A DNA stretch of 64,000 nt from Eledone cirrhosa. Lineage: Eukaryota. The stretch covers positions 66,898,001 through 66,962,000 of the forward strand of contig OZ024742.1 in the NCBI GenBank assembly GCA_964016885.1. Direction: 5' to 3'. The translations under genes and the position numbers were made by a program. Shown here one piece after another: positions 1 through 18,160 of the stretch (position 1 is its first letter; every line of letters starts with the position of its first letter). The notes beneath the pieces are model-generated. The model was not told the DNA's origin. It saw only the letters and a program-made list of their open reading frames with translations, and searched no databases.

Positions 1-272
1 TCTCTGTTGACCTTAATGTTTTGCCAACATTTTGATATTCTTTGCAGTTTTAATAGCAGAATCACCATCATTTTCAATGTATTCCCAATTCTTCCAAAAC
101 TTTCCAACTTTCGTTCATGATCACCCACTTTCAGCATCCAGTTAATTCTAGTATTAAGGTACTGTTTGTGTCCAATGTTTGATATTCTGCATTACATTTC
201 AAGTTGGATCATTCCTCTAAATCCATTTGTCTAGGGAAATAGGGACGCTCGATGACTGGTTTTCGCTTATAT

Positions 273-405
<133 letters not shown>

Positions 406-782
406 TTTAGGTTTGTTGGTTCACCCCTGGATAGAACTGGTCATTCCGTATAGTCAACCATGACGTAATATTAAGAAAAGCACTCGACGTAATGCAACTC
501 ATTGATCTTCGTTTATGTTGAATCTTGTTGGTGGAGCATAATGTTTATAATAAATCTTTAAGGAATTTCGCTAGCCCAGCCTCCTGTCATTTTACTCAAT
601 TAAATATATAAATAGATAAATAAATGCCATTGTTAATTAATAAATAAATCAACTAATACCTTAACACTTCACACAAAGTAAAATATTTCGTTTTAATCAT
701 TTTCTAACCCAGAAAAAAGAGGCAGAAATAAAAAGGGAAACAAATATATATTTCTTCCTAATAATCGTCTCTTTCTCCCTGT

Positions 783-834
<52 letters not shown>

Positions 835-838
<4 letters not shown>

Positions 839-988
839 ATTATTTCTACATTAGGCACAAGGCCAGCAATTACCCAGTGTATTACTGGTACTTTATTTTA
901 TCGAGCCCGTAAGGATGAAAGGCAAAGTTAACCTCGGCGAGATTTGAACTCAGAATGGCAAGGGCCGTAACTCTATGCGTCAAAGCAT
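835..988 (-). mobile_element. tRNA-derived SINE (5'-truncated copy)
   Basis: Reverse complement of the family seen at 54853-55041 (B-box gagttcaaat, gcctttcatccttacgg core, aagtaccag, aattatt tail). Confidence 0.85.
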
Positions 989-993
989 ATAAT

Positions 994-1550
<557 letters not shown>

Positions 1551-2103
1551 GACTCTGTGTGGGTGTAGGTGGGTTAATTAATTATATGTATATTTATACA
1601 TATATACTTTCAATTTATCTTAAATTTTTGTTATGTTCCATTTAGAATATTTATTTTCCAAAATATAAATCAAACATGCTTATTATTGTTTTTTCTGTTT
1701 GATTTTCTTCTTTATTTCGTTAAATTTATATGTAGTATGTATAATTCATTTCAGATAATTCATAGCAATATTTTTAAATATGAATATTTTCGTTCAAACA
1801 GTAATTTTTAAATTGTTTTAAATATAGTTTTCCTGCAAATGAAATTTCATGATCATTGAAATAAATAGCAGGCAACACATTTGTACCTTATGTATTAGAA
1901 TTGTTGACGACTTTGGAAAATATAAATAATAGGAAAATAATTAAATATGTTCTAATACATGTAATGATTATCGAATCAAATATTTCATTTAGTATATATA
2001 AATTTACTCTGCTTATAGAAAGCTCCAGGGTTGTTCTCAAAGAGCTCACATGGCTTCATTGTTCTGGATGAAACACAGTAAATGTACTAGTAATCGGAAA
2101 CCT

Positions 2104-2104
<1 letters not shown>

Positions 2105-2181
<77 letters not shown>
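2105..2181. repeat. (ACT)n microsatellite
   Basis: Directly visible. Confidence 0.95.
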
Positions 2182-5100
2182 AAACAAACATCATCAAGAA
2201 CAACACCACACACAACTGCCAGCATTCCACCACCACACCACCATCAATTTTGGGAGAGGGGTACTTTAATCGAACCCAGTGCGTTACTCGTGCTGTAATT
2301 ATTCGACCCCATAAGGATGAAAATCCCTTAAGGAATTTCTTAATGCTAGCAAAGCTAAATTCTCTGGGTTTTCATCTCAGAACGCAAATGGATGTAACGA
2401 TATGCTTGAACACATATTTCGGGCGCTTTACACATACTGATTATCTAGATTTGATTTGCAAAACAACAAATACTAAATACAAATAAATAAAAATATGACA
2501 AAAAAATAGAAACGGTTAAAAGAAAAAAAATAACCCTCTTCATGAAAATAGTAACAATTACATTCAAATCAAAGAAAATTCCCAAATGATATCGGGATTT
2601 ACGCGCTTATCCGTTATTCAACAAAGTCGTTCAAAGACTTTTTCATTCTCAATTTCTTTTTTAATTGAAAGTATATGAAAGCAGGGCTCAAAATGAAGTC
2701 GTCTGTATTCGAGCCTTTTAATATCGTCCAACACAATCTCTTTCACCATCAACACATGATGAATAAAAACTGTCTGTTAGCTCCATGTAAAAAGAAATTG
2801 TCGAATTTGCGGTAGTAGAAGTTAGGCATGACTTCAGAAGTTTTCAATGGTCGTGCTTCAAAGATTTCCTCCTCGTTATATTTAGTGTTGGGCAGAGCAG
2901 TGAAACGTGAGAAGGATCAATTAACTTATTCCAGTTTATTAACGAGTTACACTCCTTCCAGCTTGCGGGTGTTCTCTTGAGAAGATCATTGGTGCAAATT
3001 TTTTATGATTATTCTCTCGGAAATTTCAACGAATATTTTTTTTTTCAGAGTGGTGTGCATGTATTGAGATGGTGGTAGTGGTGGTCGTGGTACATGATGT
3101 TGCTGTTTGTGTTGTAGTCAGTTATATGGCTTTTAGCTTCCTTCTGCCAGCTTTTCCATAGCTGAGATGATTAAAGGACACATTATTTCTAGGCCTTATT
3201 TGCTTTTGTGCATATTACTTTGATGCTGGCCAATTATAGAAATGGATACGTTGCTATATACGGAGTGTAGCATAGTTTCATAGAAAATTAAAAAAACAAA
3301 AACATCTATACTTTTCTCAACTTTTCAATCTCATCAGTATTGGCTAGCATCGTACTAATTACATTACAACCTATTTTTTAATGTATGCCTCTAAAACTCC
3401 TTTAATATAACAGGAACTCTGACTATCCTTTTCTACAGTGAATAGAGCAGCCACTGCCTCTCGAAGCTCACTGGGCTCGAACAATTTCTATTAAGATTTT
3501 CTCACGTTACTTGTACTTCTTCCACATTTTACTTGTATCGTGTATGAACCCAAAATCTATATAACCATTTCATTACATCCCAACTCATCATATCTATGGT
3601 ATTCCCTTCATCTTCAGGTTTCTTGCTACCGTCATCTAACTACTATGCAAGCGAAATATTAATTGTGTCAGTCTCGTTGGTGTTGTATATAAAACATACA
3701 GCGGTCTTACGAGAATATATAAAATCTAACTATAAAAAATAAAGTATATATATGATTTATTAATCGGACTCTAGCAATGCGTATAAGCGTTTTTCTTCTC
3801 AATACTGACTGTTAAAATGCGAAACACAGCAACAACACAGGACACTTGAATGTGACAAAATTTGACGGGTGAAGCAATAAATATTAACTTTGTTATTTAT
3901 GTCGTTATCAATCTTCCCATACATGTATTCAACAGATTGCAGAAGAGAACATCTATACTCAGATTAAACATGCGCCACAACGGAATAGCGCATTCGTGTG
4001 TATTTAAACATGCAAGTTATAAGAATCTACACATTAAGAGGACTCCTCTTTTAATGGAATTAGTAACAACAGAAGTTATGGTTAGAATTCATACGAAAGT
4101 TACATTTACAAATTTGGAGTAATATAGCAACATAGAACACATGGTTTACTAATTCATGTTTAGGATGACATAAGCTGAAGGCTGAAAATGTATATAAAAA
4201 TAAACTCTCCTCAATTGTTTCATGTCATTAAACAAAGATAATAATTGTACCATGTGGTTTTTGAAAACAAAAGACGATGACCGTGGAACATTACAGATTG
4301 GCGCATTAAGCGCCATATATCTTCGTAAGTGTAAATGACAGTTTGTGTTACATCTGTGCGAATGCAAATGAAAACTGAATCTCACCCTATTGACGTATTT
4401 CCAGTGCTAGCCATATATTTGAATTTAACTGGACTGTATTATAGGTAAATTTTATACGGCACTATTAATTGTGAAAGTGTAGTTTAAATTCTCGATGCAT
4501 TATACATTGTCCAAATGGTTCCAAGTCGATTATCTTCACAGGAACAAAATTCTCCTATGTCTTCTAAGTACTAAATTATATAACTAATTCAATTATAAAA
4601 CTGACATAGAGATGGAACACAAGACAATCACAAATAACATGTATAAAGGCAAGACTTTATATTGCTAATACGTCCTTTAAGCAATTGCTTTGCATATATA
4701 TGAATCAAAATAACCTTTTCCATGTTGCTATCATTACAACGTATCTTTATTCACATGGCTACACAAAACCGCTGGGAAACTTCACTAAATATACTTCACT
4801 AAATTACAAAAAGAAACTGTTCTTGAAAAAATAATGAAATATGTTTGTAGGGAAGCAGATAGGTGTTTCTATGAGGGAATGCTACTGGCTAGAAAATGTA
4901 CACAATTCTCCTTCAGATCATATTATATGATTTTAAGAAATGAAAACTAACACCGAACAATGTAGACCGATATCTGTAAAATAATGGATAGTGATGTTTG
5001 AAATATTACGATTATAAATTTGATTAACAAACGATGACACCGGACTAACCAACATCAACAACAACAACTACTACTACTATAATAGCAGGAGAAGCTACAA

Positions 5101-5735
5101 AAGCAGCAGCATGCAGCACCATACGAAGCCTAGTATATTTTCCATGAACATATGATAATTAGGTACAAGTTATTGCCATTACAATACTAAATCATAATGG
5201 ATCGGTACATATTTGAAAGGAATAATATGTTTACATATCTATATATCCGCAAACCAATATGTCTATATGTCGGATTTTTTTTTATCAGGCCCCTTTCTTC
5301 ATCTCAGACCGTCTCTGTACGTTAATTTCCTCTTCTGCCTCAGCTATTTGCGATTGTACCACCATATCAGCGTACCCGAAGCTGGGCAGATTCTCTTAAG
5401 ACCATACCAGAAATGACATATATAAAGCTACGATCTTATTCGGTAAAACCTTCTTTTCTATACAACCTCTTTCAAATGATTTCAAAGAGAATTTCACAGC
5501 TCCTTACGTTGGTCAGTTCACACGCCTCCGCTCACGGACACCTCTACACACACACAGCAGCCCTCTGCATCACGGAATAACGGCCATTTCCCACTCCATT
5601 GCACAGATGATGATGATGATGATGATGATGATGACGACGACGACCACCACCACCACCACCACCATATAGTGTATTTTGCAATACACTATATATACATTCA
5701 TATATATATCGCTATTTCAGAGCAACAATTCTAAT

Positions 5736-7942
<2,207 letters not shown>

Positions 7943-7943
<1 letters not shown>

Positions 7944-8379
7944 ATAGAATTGTAGCTCTGAAATAGCAATATATATATGGATGTACATATAATGTATTTG
8001 CAATACACTTTATGCTTAATTAAAAGCATTTTGAAGACCGTAAGCTATTGTTTTAAAGTAGTGACAAATTCACTCACTTCGATCTCAGCAAACAGGAGGA
8101 GATAAGCCGACATGACATGTTTCGCTTTTGTTGAAGCTTATCAGCTCCTGATTATTTACTAGATTTCTATAAGAATATAACATCATTGATCTCAGTAGAC
8201 GGGCGGGGTAGTTGGCCTTGATAAGCTTCAACAAAAGCGAAACATGTCATGTCGGCTTATCTCCTCCTGTTTGCTGAGATCGAAGTGAGTGAATTTGTCA
8301 CTACTTAAAACAATAGCTTACGGTCTTCAAAATGCTTTTAATTAAGCATAAAGTGTATTGCAAAATACATTATATATAC

Positions 8380-8381
<2 letters not shown>
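7943..8381. mobile_element. Fold-back element (PLE pLTR-like) between two (TA)n arrays
   Basis: Arms ~7981-8143 and ~8219-8381 are near-perfect reverse complements with a ~75-bp spacer; contains an HHR. Confidence 0.8.
8214..8257 (+). ncRNA. Type I hammerhead ribozyme, U3-A8 variant core
   Basis: ggcc-TTGATAA-gctt caacaa aagc-GAAA-cat gtc atg-TC-ggct. Stems I, II and III each form about 4 bp; predicted cleavage after C8253 (GUC). Confidence 0.75.
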
Positions 8382-9077
<696 letters not shown>

Positions 9078-9258
9078 ACCCTGGGTTCAATCGGAGGTAA
9101 CCACATTAGGTAAGGTACTCAATACTTAGCAGAGTATAACTATTTAATATAGAAAAGGCTTCTTCAGGATTAGAATTATTTCATTCGGGAGAAATCATCG
9201 GGAAACCCTTCCGAATGAAACAGTTCTAATCCTGTAGAAGCCATTTCTATATTAAATA
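9078..9258 (-). mobile_element. Short fold-back pLTR-end element
   Basis: Arms 9141-9188 and 9211-9258 are inverted; the single-copy tail 9078-9140 shares aagtattgagtac with 13989-14001. Confidence 0.6.
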
Positions 9259-9302
9259 TATATACATATTTATGTGTGTGCGTGTGTGTATGTATGTGTG
9301 TG

Positions 9303-9373
<71 letters not shown>

Positions 9374-10445
9374 GTGTAATCAGAGAGCGAGATTAAAAAA
9401 ATGGGTATGTGTGAGCATGTATTAAATACTGCCGGTGTAAGTATACATACACCAAAACACACAAAATCGCACAACACACATATAGGTGAGTGTGTGTGGC
9501 CGCGTGCATGTGTGTAGATACCTGCCTGTGGGTACTAGTCTAGAGTGGGAGAAACAAAGTGGAGTGAAATGCATTTACAAACATTACCATAAAACGGGAA
9601 TGACGTAAAGAAAATAAAACAATATATCATTTTACCATTAGAATAGTAACGTGTCTTAAACGTGTCAAGCTGTCTACATAAAGGTCGGCCATGTTTTGTA
9701 CAAAGTGATAAAGGATTTCCTTGTGATAATAACAGATTCTTCAAAATCAATTTAGCGTTACATATTGAAGTTGAAATAAATTTTTTCCAATATTGACAGG
9801 GTTTCATCGGATTGCCTTTTCATTCGAATGGTATTAAAACAATTTAACGGTTTAAATCGGGGAACAATCGAGTTTTAATATTACAAACATGTATACACGT
9901 TCTATTACAGATGAGCTCAGTCATATACACATGTACGAATAAACCCCCCCCCCCACCCCCCACCCCACCCCGCATAATTTTTTCATGCTGACGTGATAGA
10001 GATTTCATGTATTTCATGTGTATTTTATGTGTTTGGAAAATTTGACAATGTGGGAAACTTGACAATGGACTTTGTTTACATAAATATTAAAAAAGTGTAT
10101 GTCATACCATAGGAGAAAAAAGACCATCAAGCAACAAAGCTAAAGCAAACAGGGAGGAAGGGAGATGCAGACGTTACACCCTAGTCAGTGAGGTGATTCG
10201 ACCATGTCACGTAGAAAGAATGGCGAAAGGAGCCACACAGCTTCATGGGGTTCCTTCCTCGAGCAGGCTGCTGTCTTTATGATTTTGCAGAGGAAATCGT
10301 CAGTGCGTGGGCCGAGATCACCAGAGTTGTCGACGGCGACTGGTATTTATCTACTTGTATGTATTACTATATCGATGATGGAGATGGATGGGTATGCATG
10401 AATATATGCTTTTTTGTATGTGTACGCAATATACACATAGATATA

Positions 10446-10694
10446 CGAGGGACGGCTGAAAAGTTCATAGGCTGACAGGGATACTCTACTGCCTCTATGA
10501 TTTGACCTCATGACCTGGTTGTAGAATTATGGAAAGGCTATGTGAGATCTTATCCTCTTTATTCAGTCTCCCTCCCACTTACTCTCCCATTTATTTTTCT
10601 AAAGGTAGGCCAAACATTTGTCGTAATACTTACTTGCCGCTTAAATATGTATATTGATAAACAGATTGATATATATATATCGAGAGAGAGAGAA

Positions 10695-10725
<31 letters not shown>

Positions 10726-11091
10726 CGGAGAGAGAGATAAATAGAGAGAGAGATATCGTTCTTGATAGATAGATACATAGATAGATTGCTTTATTAGCCA
10801 CAGGGGCGCAACAAGATAGATACATAGATAGATAGATGGATAGATGTTTTCGTATGCCCTTGTGCGATTGTAGAACATAGATCAAAAGCATTGCATACGT
10901 ATGCACGGTGGTCGGTTAAAAGGTTCATAGTCATACGAGGTGTGCTAGAGCTGTGGAAAGTGTAATGCATCAATGTCTACTATTAATTATCTTGTTTCTT
11001 TCCAGGATATATGTTGAAAAATGAGCCTCATTATTTGATCATTCCTTGAGAGTATCCCCTGTCAGCCTATGAACTTTTCAGCCGTCCCTCG
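10446..11091. mobile_element. Tc1/mariner-type MITE
   Basis: TIRs cgagggacggctgaaaagttcataggctgacaggg at both ends, flanked by TA; no transposase. Confidence 0.75.
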
Positions 11092-11151
11092 TATATCTAT
11101 GTGTGTATATATATATATATATATAGGCACACACACACATACACACGCGCG

Positions 11152-11259
<108 letters not shown>

Positions 11260-11784
11260 AATATATACATATATATATACATATATACATATATATATAT
11301 ATATAAATGTACATATATATATATATATATAAATGCATATATATGTGTATTGGTGATTGGTTTTCTATGCCTCGCATGAGGGTAGATAATTGATAATTCA
11401 TAATTTCAACTACATAAGAAATATATATATGCCTACCTTTCAAACAATGAGATACGGTATTGCAGCTCTATATCTGCGAGTATTTATGAATCGGCTGAAG
11501 GATGAAGGAAAGCGAAAGCATTATTGAGTGAAATTCTCCTAAAACTGATTAAAACTGTCAATTGCCAAATAGATGGCATGATTAAGTTGTATTGATTGGT
11601 GTGTTATTGATCACATCGATGGGTGTGTTGCGAAGATTGTATACTATCAATGTGTGCTTGTGGCGATGAGTATGGTGATTGCAGCGGTGGGGTAGACGGT
11701 AGTCGACCGACGAAGGAAATCGGTACATTGTTTCATACAGTGTATTTGTGCTTGTTTATATACATACATTCACAGGCAAACACA

Positions 11785-11848
<64 letters not shown>

Positions 11849-11902
11849 TGTGTGTGCCTGTAAATGTATGTAGATAAACAAGCACAAATACATGTATAGG
11901 TG

Positions 11903-11956
<54 letters not shown>

Positions 11957-12304
11957 TATATACATACATATATATATATATATAAACTTTACCGTTCATC
12001 CTTCCAAGTCTTTCTTAATGGCTTTTAATTTCCTGTGATTTTAGAGTATAGTGAACATGTATACTTAAACACACGTACATAGTTATGAGGCAAGAAATAC
12101 GCATACAACTAGCTGAGAAGTAAAACGCAAGTGTGCATATAGGCGCACTCAATTACATAGGTGAAATGCACCCTTTAATGCGGTTGTGTATGTATGTTGT
12201 ATGTGCGTGGGCATTAGAGGGCGTATTTCACGTGTGTGTTTGATTTGGTCGTGCTGTTTGAGATTGCATAAGGAAAAGACAGACAAAGAGAGAGAAAGAC
12301 AAAG

Positions 12305-12339
<35 letters not shown>

Positions 12340-12902
12340 CAACTATGACCCCCGACGGCAGAGCTCAAGCCGTATCGACGGCTATTTCTGGACTAATTTA
12401 GAATGTTTAGCCTGGTGAATAAAGATCCTAACTTGTCAAGGGGGTACTTCCTTATACGGGAAGATTGTAGTTGTCAAGAGGATTGGTTAAAATTTGTTGT
12501 AAACACAAATAAGTCTATCATGGCATTTGTTGGGTGGTAGGGGTGGCTGACCTTGCCTGGAGAACAATAGGGGAGTGAGTGGAGCTGTCAAGTGTTGAAA
12601 GTGATATGTATACAGCAGATTCTAAGGATAGAGTATGAAGTGGAGGTGGGAGGTTATAGAATAGGTAAATCGAATGAGAGTAGGAGACAATACAATATAA
12701 TAGAAAGAAATAAAAAAATATATAAAATTAGATAGTGAGAAATGAATAAAAAAAAATCACAATGCTATCTTACAATTACAGGTTAATAAGTTGAGAATAG
12801 AAAAAAAACTTGTAGAAATTGAGTAGTACCAGAACTGATACAAAATTAAAGGGGTTGAACACGTCTGGTATAAGTAGTTAGTAAAACGTATTCGGCCAAT
12901 TC

Positions 12903-13230
12903 TATCGAGAACGTAACGTGATCTACCAGTGCAACGTGAGGACGGACACCTCCAACAAAGCTTATATAGGATTAACCGCGTGTGACTTCAAGACCCGGCT
13001 CTACCAACCCCGACATACTTTCCGAAACCCGGTCCGGCGACATGCCACTACACTTTCGGGCCACATCTGGGACCTTCAAGATAATAATATAACCTACAAT
13101 CTAACTTGGAGCTTACTGTCCAGAGCTAACTCTTACACGGGAGGACGACGTCCGTGTAACTTATGCTCGTAGGAAACATTACAAATGCTGTTTTCCCCAC
13201 ACACACACTTGCCGAATAAGTTAGAGGAAA
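12903..13230 (+). pseudogene. PLE GIY-YIG endonuclease fragment
   Basis: IYQCNV...AYIGLTACDFKTRLYQ...TTLSGHIWDLQ...LTWSLL...CNLCS, matching the domain at the end of ORF 59368-60651. Confidence 0.88.
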
Positions 13231-13858
13231 CCCCAGCTTACTTAGGTAGATGTATCACCTTTCTTTTCTTTTCCTCTTTGTCTTCTTCTTCCCCCTCTCT
13301 CATCCTATCACTTCCTTCCATCCCCTATTTCCTTCCTCGTCTGTTTTTCCTCTTTCGCCTACCCTGATACAGCCCATCGGACGGCTGTAGCATCAGTTCA
13401 CCCACCCCTGTAACTTTAAGATAGAATTGGCCGAATACGTTTTACTAACTACTTATAGCCCCTTTAATTTTGTATCAGTTCTAGTACTACTCAATTTCTA
13501 CAAGTTTTTTTCTATTCTCAACTTATTAACCTGTAAGATAGCACTGTGATTTTTTTTATTCATTTCTCACTATCTAATTTTATATTTTTTTTTATTTCTT
13601 TCTATTATCTTTTATTATCTCCTACTCTCATTCGATTTACCTATTCTATAACCTCCCTCCTCCACTTCATACACCATCCTTAGAATCTGGTGTATACATA
13701 TAATTTTCAACGCTTGACCGCTCCACTCATTCCTCTATTGGTCTACAGGCAAGTTCAGCCACCCTACCTCCCACCAAATGCCATGATAGACTTATTTGTG
13801 TTTACAACAAATTTTAACCAATCCACTTGACAACTACAATCTTCCCGTATAAGGGAGT

Positions 13859-13955
13859 ACCCCCTTGACAAGTTAGGATCTTTATTCACCAGGCTAAACA
13901 TTCTAATTTAGTCCAGAAATAGCCGTCGAAACGGCTCTAGCTCTGCCGTCGGGGT
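13859..13955 (+). ncRNA. Type I hammerhead ribozyme, U3-A8 variant core with long stem II region
   Basis: cccc-TTGACAA-[56 nt]-GAAA-cggc tctagctct gccg-TC-gggg; predicted cleavage after C13950. The inverted copy at 12348-12445 has GAAA mutated to GATA. Confidence 0.68.
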
Positions 13956-14046
13956 CATACTTTTCCCTATTTCCCACTCTACTACCCTAAGTATTGAGTA
14001 CTCTGGTGCGTTATGGTCCATCTGTTTCCTTACCACAATTCATTTG

Positions 14047-14098
<52 letters not shown>

Positions 14099-14101
<3 letters not shown>

Positions 14102-15019
14102 GTAGGAGGTGAGTTTTATTGTAGTACAATAAAGCAATGCAGATATCGGATAAGAAGCACTCTACAATTTGTAGGACTGGAGTATACATAATATAAGATC
14201 AAAAGATGGTTAAAGGAGTTCCATGTATTTTATTATGCGCATTTCAAAAACAAACATCATCATGCAATAATATTTGTGTTTTCATCAGATAAAACAGGAG
14301 AACATGATATGAAGGCTAAAAAACACTTGTGGATAGTGCAGTTTTAAATCAACATATGAAAAGTGGTTTTAGATTGATGTGTGATATTGGGAAAAATATT
14401 TTATTTAGAGAGGGGGGGGGTGGAAAGGATGAAAAAGGGAAGGAGATGAGAGGGAGAGATGGGTATAAATTAAAAATTAAAAAAAATTTTGAAAATTAGC
14501 GAAGAGAGATGGGTGATCACCCATCTCTCCCTCTCCACCTTCACTCTCATCTCCTCCCCCTTTTTTCATCCTTTCCACCCCCCTCCCTAAATAAAATATT
14601 TTTTCCTCGCACATATCCTCCCTTCGTTAATTTTCAAAATTTTTTTTAATTTTTAATTTATACATTATCTTCCAACGGTTTTCAACCTCTCTATGTAAAA
14701 CAATATATCTCCTCTCAGTTATAAAAACTATCTCTTTCTCTCTATCACCCATCTCTCCCTCTCATCTCCTTCCCTTTTTCATCCTCCCCCCCCCTCTCTA
14801 AATAAAATATTTTTCCCAATATCACACATCAATCTAAAACCACTTTTTCATATGTTGATTTAAAACTGCACTATCCACAAGTGTTTTTTAGCCTTCATAT
14901 CATGTTCTCCTGTTTTATCTGATGAAAACACAAATATTATTGCATGATGTTGTTTGTTTTTGAAATGCACATAATAAAATACATGGAACTCCTTTAACCA
15001 TCTTTTGATCTTATATTAT
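14099..15019. mobile_element. Fold-back pLTR-derived element with internal partial duplications
   Basis: Arms ~14187-14465 and ~14745-15019 are inverted; palindromic centre gagagatgggtgatcacccatctctc near 14516; flanked by (TA)n. Confidence 0.85.
14911..14981 (+). ncRNA. Type I hammerhead ribozyme (canonical core)
   Basis: tgttttat-CTGATGA-[long hairpin]-GAAA-tgcaca-TA-ataaaata. The mirror copy at 14226-14296 (-) keeps the palindromic stem III atgcgcat. Confidence 0.82.
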
Positions 15020-15517
15020 ATATATATATATATATATATGTCTTTTCTTATGCATTCTCAAACGGCTCGACCTAATCAAATCCAATTTTACAAGCTTATC
15101 GTATTAGACTCTGGGATTAACAACAATGTAATTTATATTTTCATTTCGATTAAAACAATATAACATTTTATCTACAATAATATTTCTATAGTCAACTATA
15201 ATAAACGGACATTTTAAAAAACGACACCGACCTCACATTTTCTATATGAGTGTTTATGTGTCTCTGAGTCTGTGTTTGTTGTGCGTTCGTTACTTACTTT
15301 AGGCCATAGTAAGTTACACACACACAGAGCTTCACGTAAATATTTAATCAGATACACATAGAATTAAACAGGCACACACATCTACACATGTGATAACACA
15401 ATGAATATTGTTTACCCTAAGGTGCTTCAAGATTAAGAGATTAGATATCTCACATTTATTGTTTATTAATCTGAATAAGAACAGTAGTAACGTGGGCAAC
15501 GCCGAGTCATTCAGCCA

Positions 15518-16507
<990 letters not shown>

Positions 16508-16565
16508 TATATATATATATATATATACGTTTTCTGTGTGTATCACCAACTATACGCACGCACAC

Positions 16566-16675
<110 letters not shown>

Positions 16676-17208
16676 ATATATAAATATATACATAGATGTG
16701 TGTATGCGTATGTGTCTGTAGCTGAATGTTTGTGTGTATACTTGTATGCATTTATATATGTGCAAATATTTTAATTATAAACACTCATTAGCTAAACATA
16801 GGACTCAGCAAATGTATTATATGAATGTTGTATACGCGTGGCTGTGAGTAGGTGTGTAGATGTGTTTACATACGTAATTCATCTTCTACTTTTCCAAACA
16901 TGACTGAATGTATAACTGATATTTTGGAAAACAGAAAAAAACCGTCTAACAACTAACTCACGGTCGCACTTGTTGGGGAATTGATAGTCGTTTTTTGTTT
17001 TATATTCATAATGTTCTTCTGAACGAATTGCGAGAAATATTTCATTTCTGCTGTTCCGTATAACCATGTCCATTACGAGCTGAGGATCCGCTAATGTGAA
17101 ACAATTGTTCTCGGTATGGTGAACTAACTATTGTGTAACCACTTCTACCTAACTCGTCCCATTGACTGAGTTCTCTACCACTACGGATATTGCCTTCCAG
17201 TGTTCTAC

Positions 17209-17318
<110 letters not shown>

Positions 17319-17469
17319 CAGAGAAAGCTTTAAGCAATACTCCGACCGGCTTCCGTCTCACTCAACAAACATTAGGATATACCTTAGTATAATCCCAATT
17401 ATAGGTTTGGGGTTCTAACTATGCGTATTTTGCGGATAGCCTGTTGTATTATTTTATATGAGACATAAT

Positions 17470-17510
<41 letters not shown>

Positions 17511-17587
17511 GCAATCTCGACAGAAAAAAATATAGGAGAATCTGTTTTTATTTACAGGGGGTATAAAAACTACGAAAGGTTTGGGAC

Positions 17588-17716
17588 GTCCAGAAATAGC
17601 TGTCGAAATGGCCTGAGCTCTGCCATCGGGGTTCTGACTTTTTTCCTATTACCCACTCTACTACCCAAATTATCGTGTACTCTGGTGCGTTATGGTCGAC
17701 CACACTTCCTTCGTTA
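17588..17716 (+). mobile_element. pLTR 3' end related to 13911-14048 (3' half of HHR plus tail)
   Basis: gtccagaaatagctgtcGAAAtggc...gccaTCgggg...tactctggtgcgttatggtc. Confidence 0.75.
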
Positions 17717-17745
17717 TATATATATATATATATAATTAAATATAA

Positions 17746-17835
<90 letters not shown>

Positions 17836-17892
17836 TTATATTTAAAACTCAATATATAACTACTCCATTACAAAAGGTTTCCGGACACTAGA

Positions 17893-18160
17893 AGAGGAAG
17901 AGACATGATTGTCGGCTACTGGTACAAAAACTGATATTCGATCGGAGGTATCTTACTGACCTCTACCAACAACTTTTGCAGGAAGATATACTTATACCAG
18001 AATGGTTGATATTAGCACAAACATTACTGGTCCCCAGGAAGAAAGACACCCATTTGTCAAAAATCTACCGACCCATTGCATGCCAGAACCTGATATATAA
18101 GATGTATACATCCTGCCTGAACCTATTCCTCCAATATCACTGTGAAAATAATTCTACAGA
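17893..18160 (+). pseudogene. Non-LTR RT fragment (R4/Dong/NeSL-like)
   Basis: IPEWLILAQTLLVPRKKDT...YRPIACQNLIYKMYTSCL resembles the N-terminal RT motifs of RLE-type LINEs. Confidence 0.65.

Larger units (their letters stand above)
12340..14048 (+). mobile_element. 5'-truncated Penelope-like element with inverted pLTR
   Basis: Arms ~12345-12905 and ~13420-13959 are inverted around a GIY-YIG C-terminal fragment; single-copy tail to 14048; flanked by (TA)n. Confidence 0.88.

Noticed and set aside
1-270. Possible LINE RT remnant on the minus strand
   Set aside because: Too degenerate to assign by eye.
2560-3000. Coding-like minus-strand stretch (..VMPNFYYRKFDNFF..)
   Set aside because: Multiple stops and no diagnostic motif; at most an old retroelement relic.
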